From the NCBI GenBank assembly GCA_001782035.1, contig MFNL01000001.1:148078-212077 (forward strand): a stretch of DNA of 64,000 nt, read 5' to 3'. Position numbers and translations under genes: made by a program. The stretch comes from Candidatus Levybacteria bacterium RIFCSPHIGHO2_01_FULL_37_17 (GTDB taxonomy: Bacteria > Patescibacteriota > Microgenomatia > Levybacterales > UBA12049). Positions 29,873 through 39,189 of this stretch are shown here, in pieces (within the stretch, counting starts at the first letter, position 1; each line of letters begins with the position of its first letter). The notes under the pieces were generated by a model. That model did not search any database. It had not been told where the DNA came from and worked only from the letters and a program-made list of their open reading frames with translations.

Positions 29873-31528
29873 ATGGAAGAAAAAATATCAATCATTCCTC
29901 TTGGAGGAGTATCAGATGTAACTCGTAATATGTATATTTACGAATACAAAAACGAGATTCTTTTGGTGGACTGCGGGATTGGTTTTGCAAACGAAACAAT
30001 GGTAGGAGTCGATTTGTTGCTTCCCGACATTAATTACCTTAAAGAAAGCGGCAAAAAAATTGTCGGAATGGCTATAACTCATGGACACGAAGACCACATG
30101 GGAGCACTCCCTTATATTTTGCCAGATTTACCTAATTTTCCCATATATGCATCTTCTTTAACTGCAGACTTTGCAAACGAAAAACTTGTCGAATTTGGAC
30201 AGCAAAAAAGAGTACAGAAAGTAGATTTTGACGGAGGAGAAGTAAAAATTGGCAGTTTTACAATCTCATTTATAAGGGTTACCCACAGTATTCCAGATAC
30301 GTCTCATATCTTTATAAAAACCCCTATCGGAAATTTTTACCATGGAAGTGACTTTAAATTTGATTTAACTCCATATGACAATAAGAAAACAGACTTTCAA
30401 AAAATAGTAAAGAGCGCAAATCAGGGTGTTTTATGCCTTTTATCAGATGCGCTTCGCGCAGAAGAGCCGGGAAAAGCGCCTTCTGAGTCTAGCCTTACGT
30501 ACGCTTTTGAGGAGGAAATTGATAAAACACAAGGAAAATTTATCGTAACAACATTTTCTTCAAACATATCAAGGTTAAATCAGGTAATAAATGTGGCAAA
30601 AAAATTTAACAAAAGAGTTTGTTTTGTAGGCAGGTCATTAATTAAGGCAAAAGATATGGCAATAAGGCTTGGATACATGAATTTACCCAAAGGTATGGAG
30701 GTTGATGTTAGGGGACTAAAAAACGTAAAAGATAGCAATTTGGTTTTAATAGTTGCAGGAAGCCAGGGTCAGGAAAATTCTGCCTTAACGCGGATTGTAA
30801 GCGGAGAATTTAGAGAAATTAAACTAAACGCTTCTGACACAATAATTTTCAGTGCCGATCCAATTCCGGGAAATGAGATTTCCATTAATTCTTTGATTGA
30901 TGAAATTTCTAAAATTGGGGCAAGAGCTCTGTATCATGAAGTATCTGGGTCTTTCCATGTTTCAGGTCACGGCGCAGCAGACGATTTGATGTTACTTATG
31001 AATTTAACTCGGCCAAAGAACGTACTTCCAATTGGCGCAACGTATAGACAAATGGTAGCTTACAGACATTTGGCAAGGCAACAAGGTTTTGTAGATAAAA
31101 ATATAATCCTTATAGAAAACGGTCAGGAAGTAGTATTTACCAGAGAAAGTTCGTTTTTGGGCAAAAGGCTAAATCTAAGAACTGTTTTTGTAGATCAAAT
31201 ATCAGGAGAAGAGGTAGAAAGCTTTGTGGTAATGGACAGGCAAAAAATAGCAAAAGAAGGCGTGGTTGTTGTTATTGCCGAAGTGGATTCACAAACGGGG
31301 CAAATTGTTGAAAATCCAAATATTATCGCAAGAGGTTATGCATCAGTTGACGCGCAAACCTTATCTAAAGGCTTAACTAAAGATTTAAAGAACGCACTGT
31401 CTAGAAAGAAAGGTCCGGTTACAAACTGGATTTATATAAGAAGACAAATTGCTGATACATCGGAAAAGTTTATTTTCAAAACTTTCCGCAAACACCCCAT
31501 GGTTTTACCCATTGTTATTGAAGTCTAG
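29873..31528 (+). CDS. rnj: Ribonuclease J (metallo-beta-lactamase / beta-CASP RNase)
   Basis: The HGHEDHMGALPY motif (HxHxDH) and the beta-CASP and C-terminal domains are present at a typical length of 551 aa. Confidence 0.9.
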   Translation: MEEKISIIPLGGVSDVTRNMYIYEYKNEILLVDCGIGFANETMVGVDLLLPDINYLKESGKKIVGMAITHGHEDHMGALPYILPDLPNFPIYASSLTADFANEKLVEFGQQKRVQKVDFDGGEVKIGSFTISFIRVTHSIPDTSHIFIKTPIGNFYHGSDFKFDLTPYDNKKTDFQKIVKSANQGVLCLLSDALRAEEPGKAPSESSLTYAFEEEIDKTQGKFIVTTFSSNISRLNQVINVAKKFNKRVCFVGRSLIKAKDMAIRLGYMNLPKGMEVDVRGLKNVKDSNLVLIVAGSQGQENSALTRIVSGEFREIKLNASDTIIFSADPIPGNEISINSLIDEISKIGARALYHEVSGSFHVSGHGAADDLMLLMNLTRPKNVLPIGATYRQMVAYRHLARQQGFVDKNIILIENGQEVVFTRESSFLGKRLNLRTVFVDQISGEEVESFVVMDRQKIAKEGVVVVIAEVDSQTGQIVENPNIIARGYASVDAQTLSKGLTKDLKNALSRKKGPVTNWIYIRRQIADTSEKFIFKTFRKHPMVLPIVIEV

Positions 31529-32679
31529 TTGTGGTATTTAAAAAGTCTCCAGTAAATATAAAGCAAGCTGAGTTGGAAAACTTGAAAAATAAGTATTGCC
31601 TGCGCTGGAGAAAATTTGTCTGCTAAAAAACCGATTAAAAAAGCTATAATTCCAAAGAAAATACTGCCGGCAAAAGAATTCAACGAGGACATGGTAGCAC
31701 GTTGTTCTTGCTTAAATTCTTTTTGCATCAGAGAATTTTTTGCTACTTGAACAATTCCATAAAGCAGTCCTCCGGAAGACACGATAATAGGAGAGGCAAT
31801 AGTAGGAAAAACAGTAGCGATTGTCATCATTATCCGAAAATAAATATTACCACCAATTAGAATTTTGAATATATTGAATCTTTTAATTACAGCTCCACTA
31901 TAATGAAAACTTATTGTTGCGCCAAGATTAGAAAGAACCTTTGAAAAAGGAATAGCCCAAACTGGCCAAACGGTTGCAAAAAAAGCCGAATGAAAAAGAT
32001 AAGTAGCCTCGCCCAATCCATAACCTACAATTGATGAAAGGCTTAAAAGTCTTAGCTTTTTGTTTTTAGTAAATCCGAAGAGAGCTTCTTTTAAATGCTG
32101 GTATATATTCGCACTCTTATGAAAAACAACTTGTGGTTCAATTAACATAGAGGAAAGAATCACACAAAATATTTGAGGAATTACTGAAAGCCAGAGTATT
32201 ACAGGTATATTCCACTTAATCAATATCAATCCTCCTAATACGGCAGAGATTGCTAGGGCAAGTTGGAACATCTTACTGGTTTTTCCTAAATAATCGGCAT
32301 ATTTTTCTGTTTGGTTATTTTCAGCCAATGTACCATGTAATAATGCGTCATTATTACCGCTGTAAAATGAACGGGACAAACCTTCAAAAAGTGCTCCAAT
32401 TACCAAAATCCAAAAAGCTTGTCCTATTGCGTAAAAAACAGCAGCTAAGGTGGCTGCTATAGCTCCAAGTACTACAGTTTTCTTTCTACCTATCCTATCT
32501 GAAAAAACTCCAGTGGGTACTTCTAGGAGTGCCGAAGAAATCATTGTAATTGAAAAAATGCTCATCCCAAGAGCAAAAGATCCTGATACTTGGGCAAAGT
32601 AAATTATTGCAATTGGGGCATAAAGCTTAAAATCCGTAAAAAAATTAAACCAAGTGAGGATTTTTATATTTCTACTCAT
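31525..32679 (-). CDS. MFS transporter
   Basis: It has 12 predicted TM helices and the MFS loop motif GVFSDRIGRKK. Confidence 0.8.
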   Translation of the reverse strand: MSRNIKILTWFNFFTDFKLYAPIAIIYFAQVSGSFALGMSIFSITMISSALLEVPTGVFSDRIGRKKTVVLGAIAATLAAVFYAIGQAFWILVIGALFEGLSRSFYSGNNDALLHGTLAENNQTEKYADYLGKTSKMFQLALAISAVLGGLILIKWNIPVILWLSVIPQIFCVILSSMLIEPQVVFHKSANIYQHLKEALFGFTKNKKLRLLSLSSIVGYGLGEATYLFHSAFFATVWPVWAIPFSKVLSNLGATISFHYSGAVIKRFNIFKILIGGNIYFRIMMTIATVFPTIASPIIVSSGGLLYGIVQVAKNSLMQKEFKQEQRATMSSLNSFAGSIFFGIIAFLIGFLADKFSPAQAILIFQVFQLSLLYIYWRLFKYHN

Positions 32680-32809
32680 TTAGGAAATTATAGCAGAATT
32701 TGGAATTTTAACCTATAGTTTGCAAATTGAGGAAGATTGTAGTATAGTTTAATAATAAGTAGCTCTGGCTTAACTTGTAGAAGCTATATAAAGTACTTAT
32801 AATAAATAC

Positions 32810-34900
32810 ATGCCCAAAAGACATTATAGGAAGCAAAAATTTAAGATCAAACTTAAAAAAACTACGATTTATTCGATTTTTGCTTTTGGGATAATGTTGT
32901 CCGCAATACTTTTTGGCGCCTCCTTTACTAAAAATGGCCCATCTCTTGCTCTTATTAATGATTATTTAGATTATTATTTCGGGCGTTTCTCAATACTGCT
33001 TCCTTTAGTTTTGGTAATACTTGGTTTTTTCTTTTTAAAACTCAAATTCTATTTATCTAAACCAAATGCTACCATCGGTGCTCTTATTTTTTATTTATCG
33101 CTTCTTGGAATTTCAAAATCAGGCTTAGCAGGAATTACTCTAAATTCCTTAATTGCCGACGTTTTAGGAGGGTTTATCGCTTTTGCAATTTACGGCTTCG
33201 GCATAGTGGTTGGCTTAATTGTATTTTTCGATACCTCAATAGATGAAGTCATGCAAATTATTTCATCAATATTTTCTCTTATTCAAAAACTTTTGCCGGG
33301 GAGTTTTCTTTCATTTTTCAAAAAGAAGGAAATTCCAGCACTTTCAGATAAGCAGATGATTATTAAAGGAATGGAAGACAGAAACCCTAAGGATATAAAG
33401 ATAAATTCAAATTCTCCAAAAAAAGATGAACCATTAATTTCCGATAAGTTGGTTATGAATGTTCCCGGGAAAACAGGCGTGTGGCATCTTCCTCCTTTAG
33501 ATTTGCTTTCATCTGATGCTTCCCAAAAAGCTGATAGAGGAGACGTAAAAAAAATTGCAAGCAAGATTGAGGAAACATTACAAAGTTTTGGAATAGGTGC
33601 CAGGGTTGTTGAAGTCAATCAAGGACCCGCTGTTACTCAATATGCCCTGCAGATTCCTTTGGGCACAAAAGTCTCAAAAATAACAAATCTTTCAAACGAC
33701 ATCGCTCTAAATACGGAAGCACCGACCGGACAAATTAGGATTGAAGCGCCAATTCCTGGCAGAAATTTAATCGGAGTTGAGATACCAAACCGGAGTCTAG
33801 AAGTAGTAACACTAAGGACTATGCTAGCTAGTGAGGTAATGCGCAAGTCTAAATCGAAACTTGCTGTATCTTTAGGTCTAGACGTGTCAGGCAACCCGCT
33901 AATAGCAGATATCGGTAAAATGCCTCATGTTTTAGTTGCAGGAACTACAGGTTCGGGAAAGTCGGTTTTAATAAATTCATTTATTGCGTCGCTTCTTTTT
34001 AGAGCAACACCAGATGAGCTACGACTAATTATGATAGATCCTAAAAGAGTAGAGTTAACAGGATATAACGGCATCCCACATTTAATGACGCCTGTTATTG
34101 TTGAGGTCGATCAAATTTTAGCATCACTCAAATGGGCAATGGGAGAAATGGACAGAAGATACAAGACTTTTGCAGAACAAGGAGTAAGAAACATCGACTC
34201 CTATAACGAGCTTGCCGGTTTTCAAAGACTACCTTATATTGTAGTTTTTATAGATGAGTTAGCAGATTTAATGGCTTATGCACCGGTAGAGGTTGAAGAT
34301 GCGGTTGCAAGACTTGCCCAAATGGCGAGAGCGACAGGCATACATTTGGTTGTTTCTACACAGCGCCCAAGTGTGGATGTTATTACAGGACTTATAAAAG
34401 CAAATATTCCGGCAAGAATCGCATTTAACGTTTCATCCATGATTGATTCCAGGGTTATTATTGATATGCCCGGCTCAGAAAAATTATTAGGAAGAGGGGA
34501 CATGTTGTATATTCCACCTGACCAGGCAAAACCGACAAGAATCCAGGGTGCTTTCGTTTCCGAAAAAGAAGTAAGAAAACTGGTCGATTTCCTAAAAGCA
34601 GAAAATCCCCCGGTTGAATATACAGAGGAAGTTTTGGCTGAGCCGCTAGTTAAAAAAGGTGGTCATGGAACATCTGATGGAGCAAGGGATACATTATTTG
34701 AAGAAGCAGTTAGAATTGTCTGCCAGTATGATAGAGCTTCCGCATCACTGTTGCAAAGAAGACTTTCTATTGGATACTCCAGAGCTGCCAAAATTATAGA
34801 TCAGCTTGAGGAAGCAGGTTTAATAGGAAGAGCTGACGGAAGCAAACCGCGAGATGTACTCATTAGAGATCCAGAGGAATTTCTTGCCAATTTGCAATAA
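32810..34900 (+). CDS. ftsK: DNA translocase FtsK/SpoIIIE
   Basis: It has an N-terminal membrane domain, Walker A AGTTGSGKSV, Walker B VVFIDELADL, and a C-terminal gamma wHTH (LLQRRLSIGYSRAAKIIDQLEEAGLIG). Confidence 0.93.
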   Translation: MPKRHYRKQKFKIKLKKTTIYSIFAFGIMLSAILFGASFTKNGPSLALINDYLDYYFGRFSILLPLVLVILGFFFLKLKFYLSKPNATIGALIFYLSLLGISKSGLAGITLNSLIADVLGGFIAFAIYGFGIVVGLIVFFDTSIDEVMQIISSIFSLIQKLLPGSFLSFFKKKEIPALSDKQMIIKGMEDRNPKDIKINSNSPKKDEPLISDKLVMNVPGKTGVWHLPPLDLLSSDASQKADRGDVKKIASKIEETLQSFGIGARVVEVNQGPAVTQYALQIPLGTKVSKITNLSNDIALNTEAPTGQIRIEAPIPGRNLIGVEIPNRSLEVVTLRTMLASEVMRKSKSKLAVSLGLDVSGNPLIADIGKMPHVLVAGTTGSGKSVLINSFIASLLFRATPDELRLIMIDPKRVELTGYNGIPHLMTPVIVEVDQILASLKWAMGEMDRRYKTFAEQGVRNIDSYNELAGFQRLPYIVVFIDELADLMAYAPVEVEDAVARLAQMARATGIHLVVSTQRPSVDVITGLIKANIPARIAFNVSSMIDSRVIIDMPGSEKLLGRGDMLYIPPDQAKPTRIQGAFVSEKEVRKLVDFLKAENPPVEYTEEVLAEPLVKKGGHGTSDGARDTLFEEAVRIVCQYDRASASLLQRRLSIGYSRAAKIIDQLEEAGLIGRADGSKPRDVLIRDPEEFLANLQ

Positions 34901-34911
34901 ATTCTACTCTT

Positions 34912-35553
34912 ATGATAAAAGCTAGCGAAAAATTATTTGAGAGAAGACTAGAGCTAGACTTGACTCTGGAAGAGGTAGAAAAATCCACCAAAATTAAGGC
35001 AGAATATTTAGACCTAATCGATAAGGGAATGTTTGAAGAGCTGCCTTCAGCCTCTCATGCCTCAGGTTTTGTAAAAAACTATGCAAATTTTATGGGTATT
35101 TCGGAAAAAGAAATCATGCCCCTATTCAGACGCGAGTACGATCCGGAGAAAGAATACAGGGTTTTACCCAAAGGTTTTGAAGGAAGAGAAGAGTTTCAGA
35201 TAAAAAGTTTTAAATTTAGCCAGACATTACTTATTGCAGGAGTAATTTTTACTATTTTTATAGCCTACATCTTATTTCAGTATAGATACGCTTTTATTGA
35301 CCCGCCGCTTACAATTTATAGTCCAAAAGACAGAAGTGTAATTGTTACACAGGAGTTACAGGTAATTGGTAAAACAGAACCTGAAACAAATGTTTATATA
35401 AATAAAGACCCCGTAACCGTTGATAAGGGCGGCAACTTTTCAAAAACAATAGGTGTTTTTCCCGGAAATTTTATTCTGAATGTTGATGCCGAAAACAATT
35501 TCGGTAAAAAGACCAGTAAGAAATTAATAGTTGAAATAAAGAGTGGCTATTGA
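34912..35553 (+). CDS. RodZ-like HTH (XRE) membrane protein
   Basis: An N-terminal HTH (LTLEEVEKSTKIKAEYLDLIDKGMFEELPSASHASGFVKNYANFMGI) is followed by one TM helix and a C-terminal beta domain. Confidence 0.65.
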   Translation: MIKASEKLFERRLELDLTLEEVEKSTKIKAEYLDLIDKGMFEELPSASHASGFVKNYANFMGISEKEIMPLFRREYDPEKEYRVLPKGFEGREEFQIKSFKFSQTLLIAGVIFTIFIAYILFQYRYAFIDPPLTIYSPKDRSVIVTQELQVIGKTEPETNVYINKDPVTVDKGGNFSKTIGVFPGNFILNVDAENNFGKKTSKKLIVEIKSGY

Positions 35554-35584
35554 CCTTTTTAGTTATTTAGTCTAACTTAATTGT

Positions 35585-35851
35585 ATGGACAGTGCACAAT
35601 TGATTTTATTTCTGGTAATCATAATTCTTACGATTCTTCTGGTTGTACTTGGAATACAAGTTTTTTTTATTTTAAGAGAGCTTAGGAAAACAGTTGATAA
35701 GGCAAACAAAATTCTTGAAGATGCAGGAGAAATTACAGAAACTGTAAAAAAACCCGTTAGCTCTTTGTCAACCCTTGCAATGGGTCTTAAAACCGGAGCT
35801 ACAATTGCAAAAATATTCCAAGGAAAAAAGAAAGATAAAAAAGATGAATAA
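35585..35851 (+). CDS. DUF948-like small membrane protein
   Basis: It has a single N-terminal TM helix plus a coiled coil. Its stop overlaps the next start (ATGAATAA). Confidence 0.5.
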   Translation: MDSAQLILFLVIIILTILLVVLGIQVFFILRELRKTVDKANKILEDAGEITETVKKPVSSLSTLAMGLKTGATIAKIFQGKKKDKKDE

Positions 35852-36140
35852 TAACGGTGGAAGCAGATTTTTTGATGGATTTTTGCTCGGAGTCGTAGTT
35901 GGAGCAATCGCTGTATTTCTTTTCGGAACAAAATCAGGCAAGAAAATTGTAAAAACTATTTCCGAAGAAGGCTTGGAGGGGTTCCAAAATCTGGTTGAAG
36001 AATATAAACAAGTACAAGAAGAAGTTGAAGATGAAGAAGATAGTAAGCCAGACGTCAAAGAAGAAAGCTCTGTTTCTTCTAAAATCAATGAATTAAAACC
36101 TAAAAAGAGATTCTTCAGAAGATTCAAAAGAGTAGATTAG
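35844..36140 (+). CDS. YtxH-like small membrane protein
   Basis: It has the YtxH pattern DGFLLGVVVGAIAVFLFGTKSGKKIVKTI. Internal ATG 35844 was chosen as the start because it abuts the upstream stop. Confidence 0.5.
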   Translation: MNNNGGSRFFDGFLLGVVVGAIAVFLFGTKSGKKIVKTISEEGLEGFQNLVEEYKQVQEEVEDEEDSKPDVKEESSVSSKINELKPKKRFFRRFKRVD

Positions 36141-37090
36141 TCAGATAATCCGTATTTTTCTATATTTGCTTCTTGCTCCTCAAGAGTTTTGGCGTAGCGG
36201 TTTGTCCCGGACTTGTCTGTTATGTAATAAAAATAGTCGGTATTTGCTGGATTGACAGCAGCTTTTAAACTTGCAAGGCCAGGGTTTGAGATAGGCGCAG
36301 GCGGAAGTCCGTTTATTCTGTAAGTGTTATAAGAGGAAGAAAGACTATAGTCGGAAGTGTTTATTGGCCTCCACCATTTACCATCAATCTTGCCTTTCGC
36401 ATATTGTATAGTTGCATCTATATCAAGCTTCATACCGATTCCCAATCTATTGTGTATAACGCTTGAAACAATCGCCCTGTCTTCTTGGTGTTTTGCCTCT
36501 CTTTCTATTAGGGAAGCAAGTATTACGATTTCCTCTTTGGACAAATTAGATTTGGTTGTGATTATACTGCTATATCTATTCTCGAAGGTACTCATCATTA
36601 TAGAGACTATGTTTGCTGCATTTGCGTCTTTAGGGAATAAATAAGTATCCGGAAAAAGATACCCTTCGTTTTTCTCAAGTTCACTAATCCATGAGTCTTC
36701 ATATCCTGGCATATTTTCTTTTAACACTTCTGCGATTTGTGTAGCTCTAAACCCTTCAGGAATTGTTACCCATATATCAAGAGTTCCGTGGGTTAGGCTT
36801 TCTGCTATTTTGGCTGCTGTCATTGAGGGTGATAATCTAAATGAGCCGGCTTGTATTTTTTTATCTAATCCGCTCTGCTTTGTTATGAGAAAGAAGACAA
36901 TTGGGTCGCGAATCAAGCCATTTGTTTTTAAGTTATAAGCTATCGCTCTCACGTTATCTCCCTGAGCGATAACAAAAGTTTTTTGTTCTTGGCTTTCTTT
37001 ATTTACCGGTAAATTTCCGTTTTGCCACCAAAACATCCCAGCAATAAAAATTGCTAAAATAGTTATTAATAAAACTAATGACTTTTTCAT
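36137..37090 (-). CDS. mltG: Endolytic murein transglycosylase MltG (YceG family)
   Basis: It has an N-terminal TM helix, a LysM-like region and the catalytic LIEREA motif (LASLIEREAKHQEDR). Confidence 0.88.
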   Translation of the reverse strand: MKKSLVLLITILAIFIAGMFWWQNGNLPVNKESQEQKTFVIAQGDNVRAIAYNLKTNGLIRDPIVFFLITKQSGLDKKIQAGSFRLSPSMTAAKIAESLTHGTLDIWVTIPEGFRATQIAEVLKENMPGYEDSWISELEKNEGYLFPDTYLFPKDANAANIVSIMMSTFENRYSSIITTKSNLSKEEIVILASLIEREAKHQEDRAIVSSVIHNRLGIGMKLDIDATIQYAKGKIDGKWWRPINTSDYSLSSSYNTYRINGLPPAPISNPGLASLKAAVNPANTDYFYYITDKSGTNRYAKTLEEQEANIEKYGLSD

Positions 37091-38358
37091 TCAAAATTTA
37101 TTATTGGAAAATTAGCTAAAGCCTGCTTTCCTTCTTTAAGATTATACAACTTTTCCGAAAAAAGTGTAAAAATTGTATCTCCTAATCTTACACTTTCTCC
37201 AAGTTTTTTATCCATATATATTCCGGAAGATTTCGCAAGAGGCGTTCCTAATATTCTTGCAATTGCTGTAAGGTTTCGAATATTCAACTCGTTTACTATC
37301 CCATTTTTTGTAGCCTTTTCTTGATGAACAAATTTTCCTAACGGAAGACTGTTGCTTTCAACTTTTGGATTTCCTCCTTGAGCTTTTATGATTTCTTTAA
37401 ATTTTTCAAGTGCAATTTTTTCCTCAAGTATATGCAGTGCCCATGCATATATACTTTTAAAATTTTTACGAACATATTCTAATTTAATTTTGTCATCACT
37501 TAAACAAAGTTCTAATAGTTCTGTAGCAAGATGCATGCTTCTTACTTCAAGATCCAAAGGACGGTCATCTGTGCGCTCTAAAACCCTTAAAGAATCCCTT
37601 ATTTCCAAAACCGGGCCTATTCCTCTACCTGCCGGCTCAGCCGTTTTATAAATAATTACCTTTATTTTTACTTTAAATCTTTTAGCCAAAAATTCGAACT
37701 TATTTTTTAAAGCCTCGGCGTCTTTAAGAGAATGAACTTTTGTTGTTTTTCCATACGGTAAGTCGATTATTATATGGTTTGAGCCAAATGCAATTTTTTT
37801 TGCCATTATAGAAATTAATATTTTGTCGTACGATTCAAAGGAAAGAGGTCTTTCAACTTGAATTAAAATATCATCCGCCGGAGCTAAATGAAAGCTTCCG
37901 CCCCATACAATACAAGCATTTGTTTTTTCCACAACTTTATAAATTTGCTCTTTGGATAAACTTACAGGAGCAAGCACCTCCATATCATCTGCTGTTCCAT
38001 CAGGAGAAGTAATTGCACGAGACGAACTTTTGGGAATTTTAAAGCCGGCAGCTGCAACTATGGACACAACTATTGGGGTGGTTCTGGTTCCTGGAACTCC
38101 TCCAATAGAATGTTTGTCTGCAACGATTCCCTTAAACTCCAATTTGTCTCCCGTTTCAACCATTGCCTTTGTCAGATAATAAAGTTCTTCGTTGCTAAAG
38201 CCCTTAGAGTATCCGGAAGCTGCAAAATAAGTCGTTAAAACATCTCCAAGTTTTTCTTTGGAAATCTCATCCATTATTGCGTAAATTTCTTTATATGTTA
38301 ACTTCTTTCCCAGAAGCTTTTTTCTTATGGCGTTTATTGCCAAATGATTCTCATCCAT
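37087..38358 (-). CDS. Thymidine/pyrimidine-nucleoside (or AMP) phosphorylase family protein (glycosyl transferase family 3)
   Basis: The DKHSIGGVPGTRTT and TSPDGTADDMEVLA motifs are present at a typical length of 423 aa. Confidence 0.85.
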   Translation of the reverse strand: MDENHLAINAIRKKLLGKKLTYKEIYAIMDEISKEKLGDVLTTYFAASGYSKGFSNEELYYLTKAMVETGDKLEFKGIVADKHSIGGVPGTRTTPIVVSIVAAAGFKIPKSSSRAITSPDGTADDMEVLAPVSLSKEQIYKVVEKTNACIVWGGSFHLAPADDILIQVERPLSFESYDKILISIMAKKIAFGSNHIIIDLPYGKTTKVHSLKDAEALKNKFEFLAKRFKVKIKVIIYKTAEPAGRGIGPVLEIRDSLRVLERTDDRPLDLEVRSMHLATELLELCLSDDKIKLEYVRKNFKSIYAWALHILEEKIALEKFKEIIKAQGGNPKVESNSLPLGKFVHQEKATKNGIVNELNIRNLTAIARILGTPLAKSSGIYMDKKLGESVRLGDTIFTLFSEKLYNLKEGKQALANFPIINFE

Positions 38359-38463
38359 ATCCTTTTATTTGTGACATCGCAATTCTTATTGATTTTTTTA
38401 AAACTCTTAGAGTTAAAGAATATAAGTCCAGAAATAAAATTTTTAATCTGGTAAATAAGTCTT

Positions 38464-39189
38464 TCATATTTTATTGAGCCTTGCTTTTACTATCAGCCTT
38501 TTCCAAATTGTGCCGGGCGGAGTGCATGTAATTAATGTTAAAAAACTGTCGCTATAATTTTGCTCTAAAACAGATGTATCTGTTGGCTCAACTACGGTTA
38601 TTGACTCAACCTTATATTTATAAGTAATACTCCCAACCTTAACAATCAAATCATCTCCGGCCTGCAACTTAAACAGATATGAAAAAATTGTTTTATAGTC
38701 CTTTTCATTATAAAGCTGGGGAAGAGTAGAATGCCCGAAAATAACCGCGTTTCCTTTCTCAGGCGGCAGAGCTGTGCCACCATAATTAACTAAGTGTCGG
38801 GTCAAATCGGTATCATTTGCACTTACTACCGCGTCTTTTATATTTATTTTTGGTATGGAAATGTTATAGAGCGGAGTTTTTAAATTTTCGGCTCTCTGGT
38901 TATATCCCGGAAACCAATTTTGTGCATCCGTGTAATTTATCCCGGACAAAGACTCAGACGCGCCGCTTATTAATGATGCTAGCGTATTTCCCGAAACAAT
39001 ATTAACTTTGGGAATTGGTGCATTTATTTCCTGGTTTGCAAATACGGGAGCAAAATATATTTGCCAGGAAATTAACGGAAAAAACGAATATAGAAGTATC
39101 GAAATTCCAAGAGTTAGTACTACAAAACTTAAAAGCTTTAAAACTCTTTTTTTATTCTTAGGGTCTTTTTTTTTGTAATATTTAACCAT
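38464..39189 (-). CDS. Sortase (transpeptidase), TLxTC family
   Basis: It has an N-terminal TM anchor, the catalytic His in VIFGHSTLP, the catalytic Cys in LTLITCTPPG (TLxTC), and a downstream Arg (RLIVKAR). Confidence 0.85.
   Translation of the reverse strand: MVKYYKKKDPKNKKRVLKLLSFVVLTLGISILLYSFFPLISWQIYFAPVFANQEINAPIPKVNIVSGNTLASLISGASESLSGINYTDAQNWFPGYNQRAENLKTPLYNISIPKINIKDAVVSANDTDLTRHLVNYGGTALPPEKGNAVIFGHSTLPQLYNEKDYKTIFSYLFKLQAGDDLIVKVGSITYKYKVESITVVEPTDTSVLEQNYSDSFLTLITCTPPGTIWKRLIVKARLNKI

Noticed and set aside
32680-32809. Possible tRNA in the MFS-ftsK intergenic region (GTAGTATAGTTTAAT…)
   Set aside because: It could not be folded into a cloverleaf with complementary stems. It is more likely an AT-rich promoter region.
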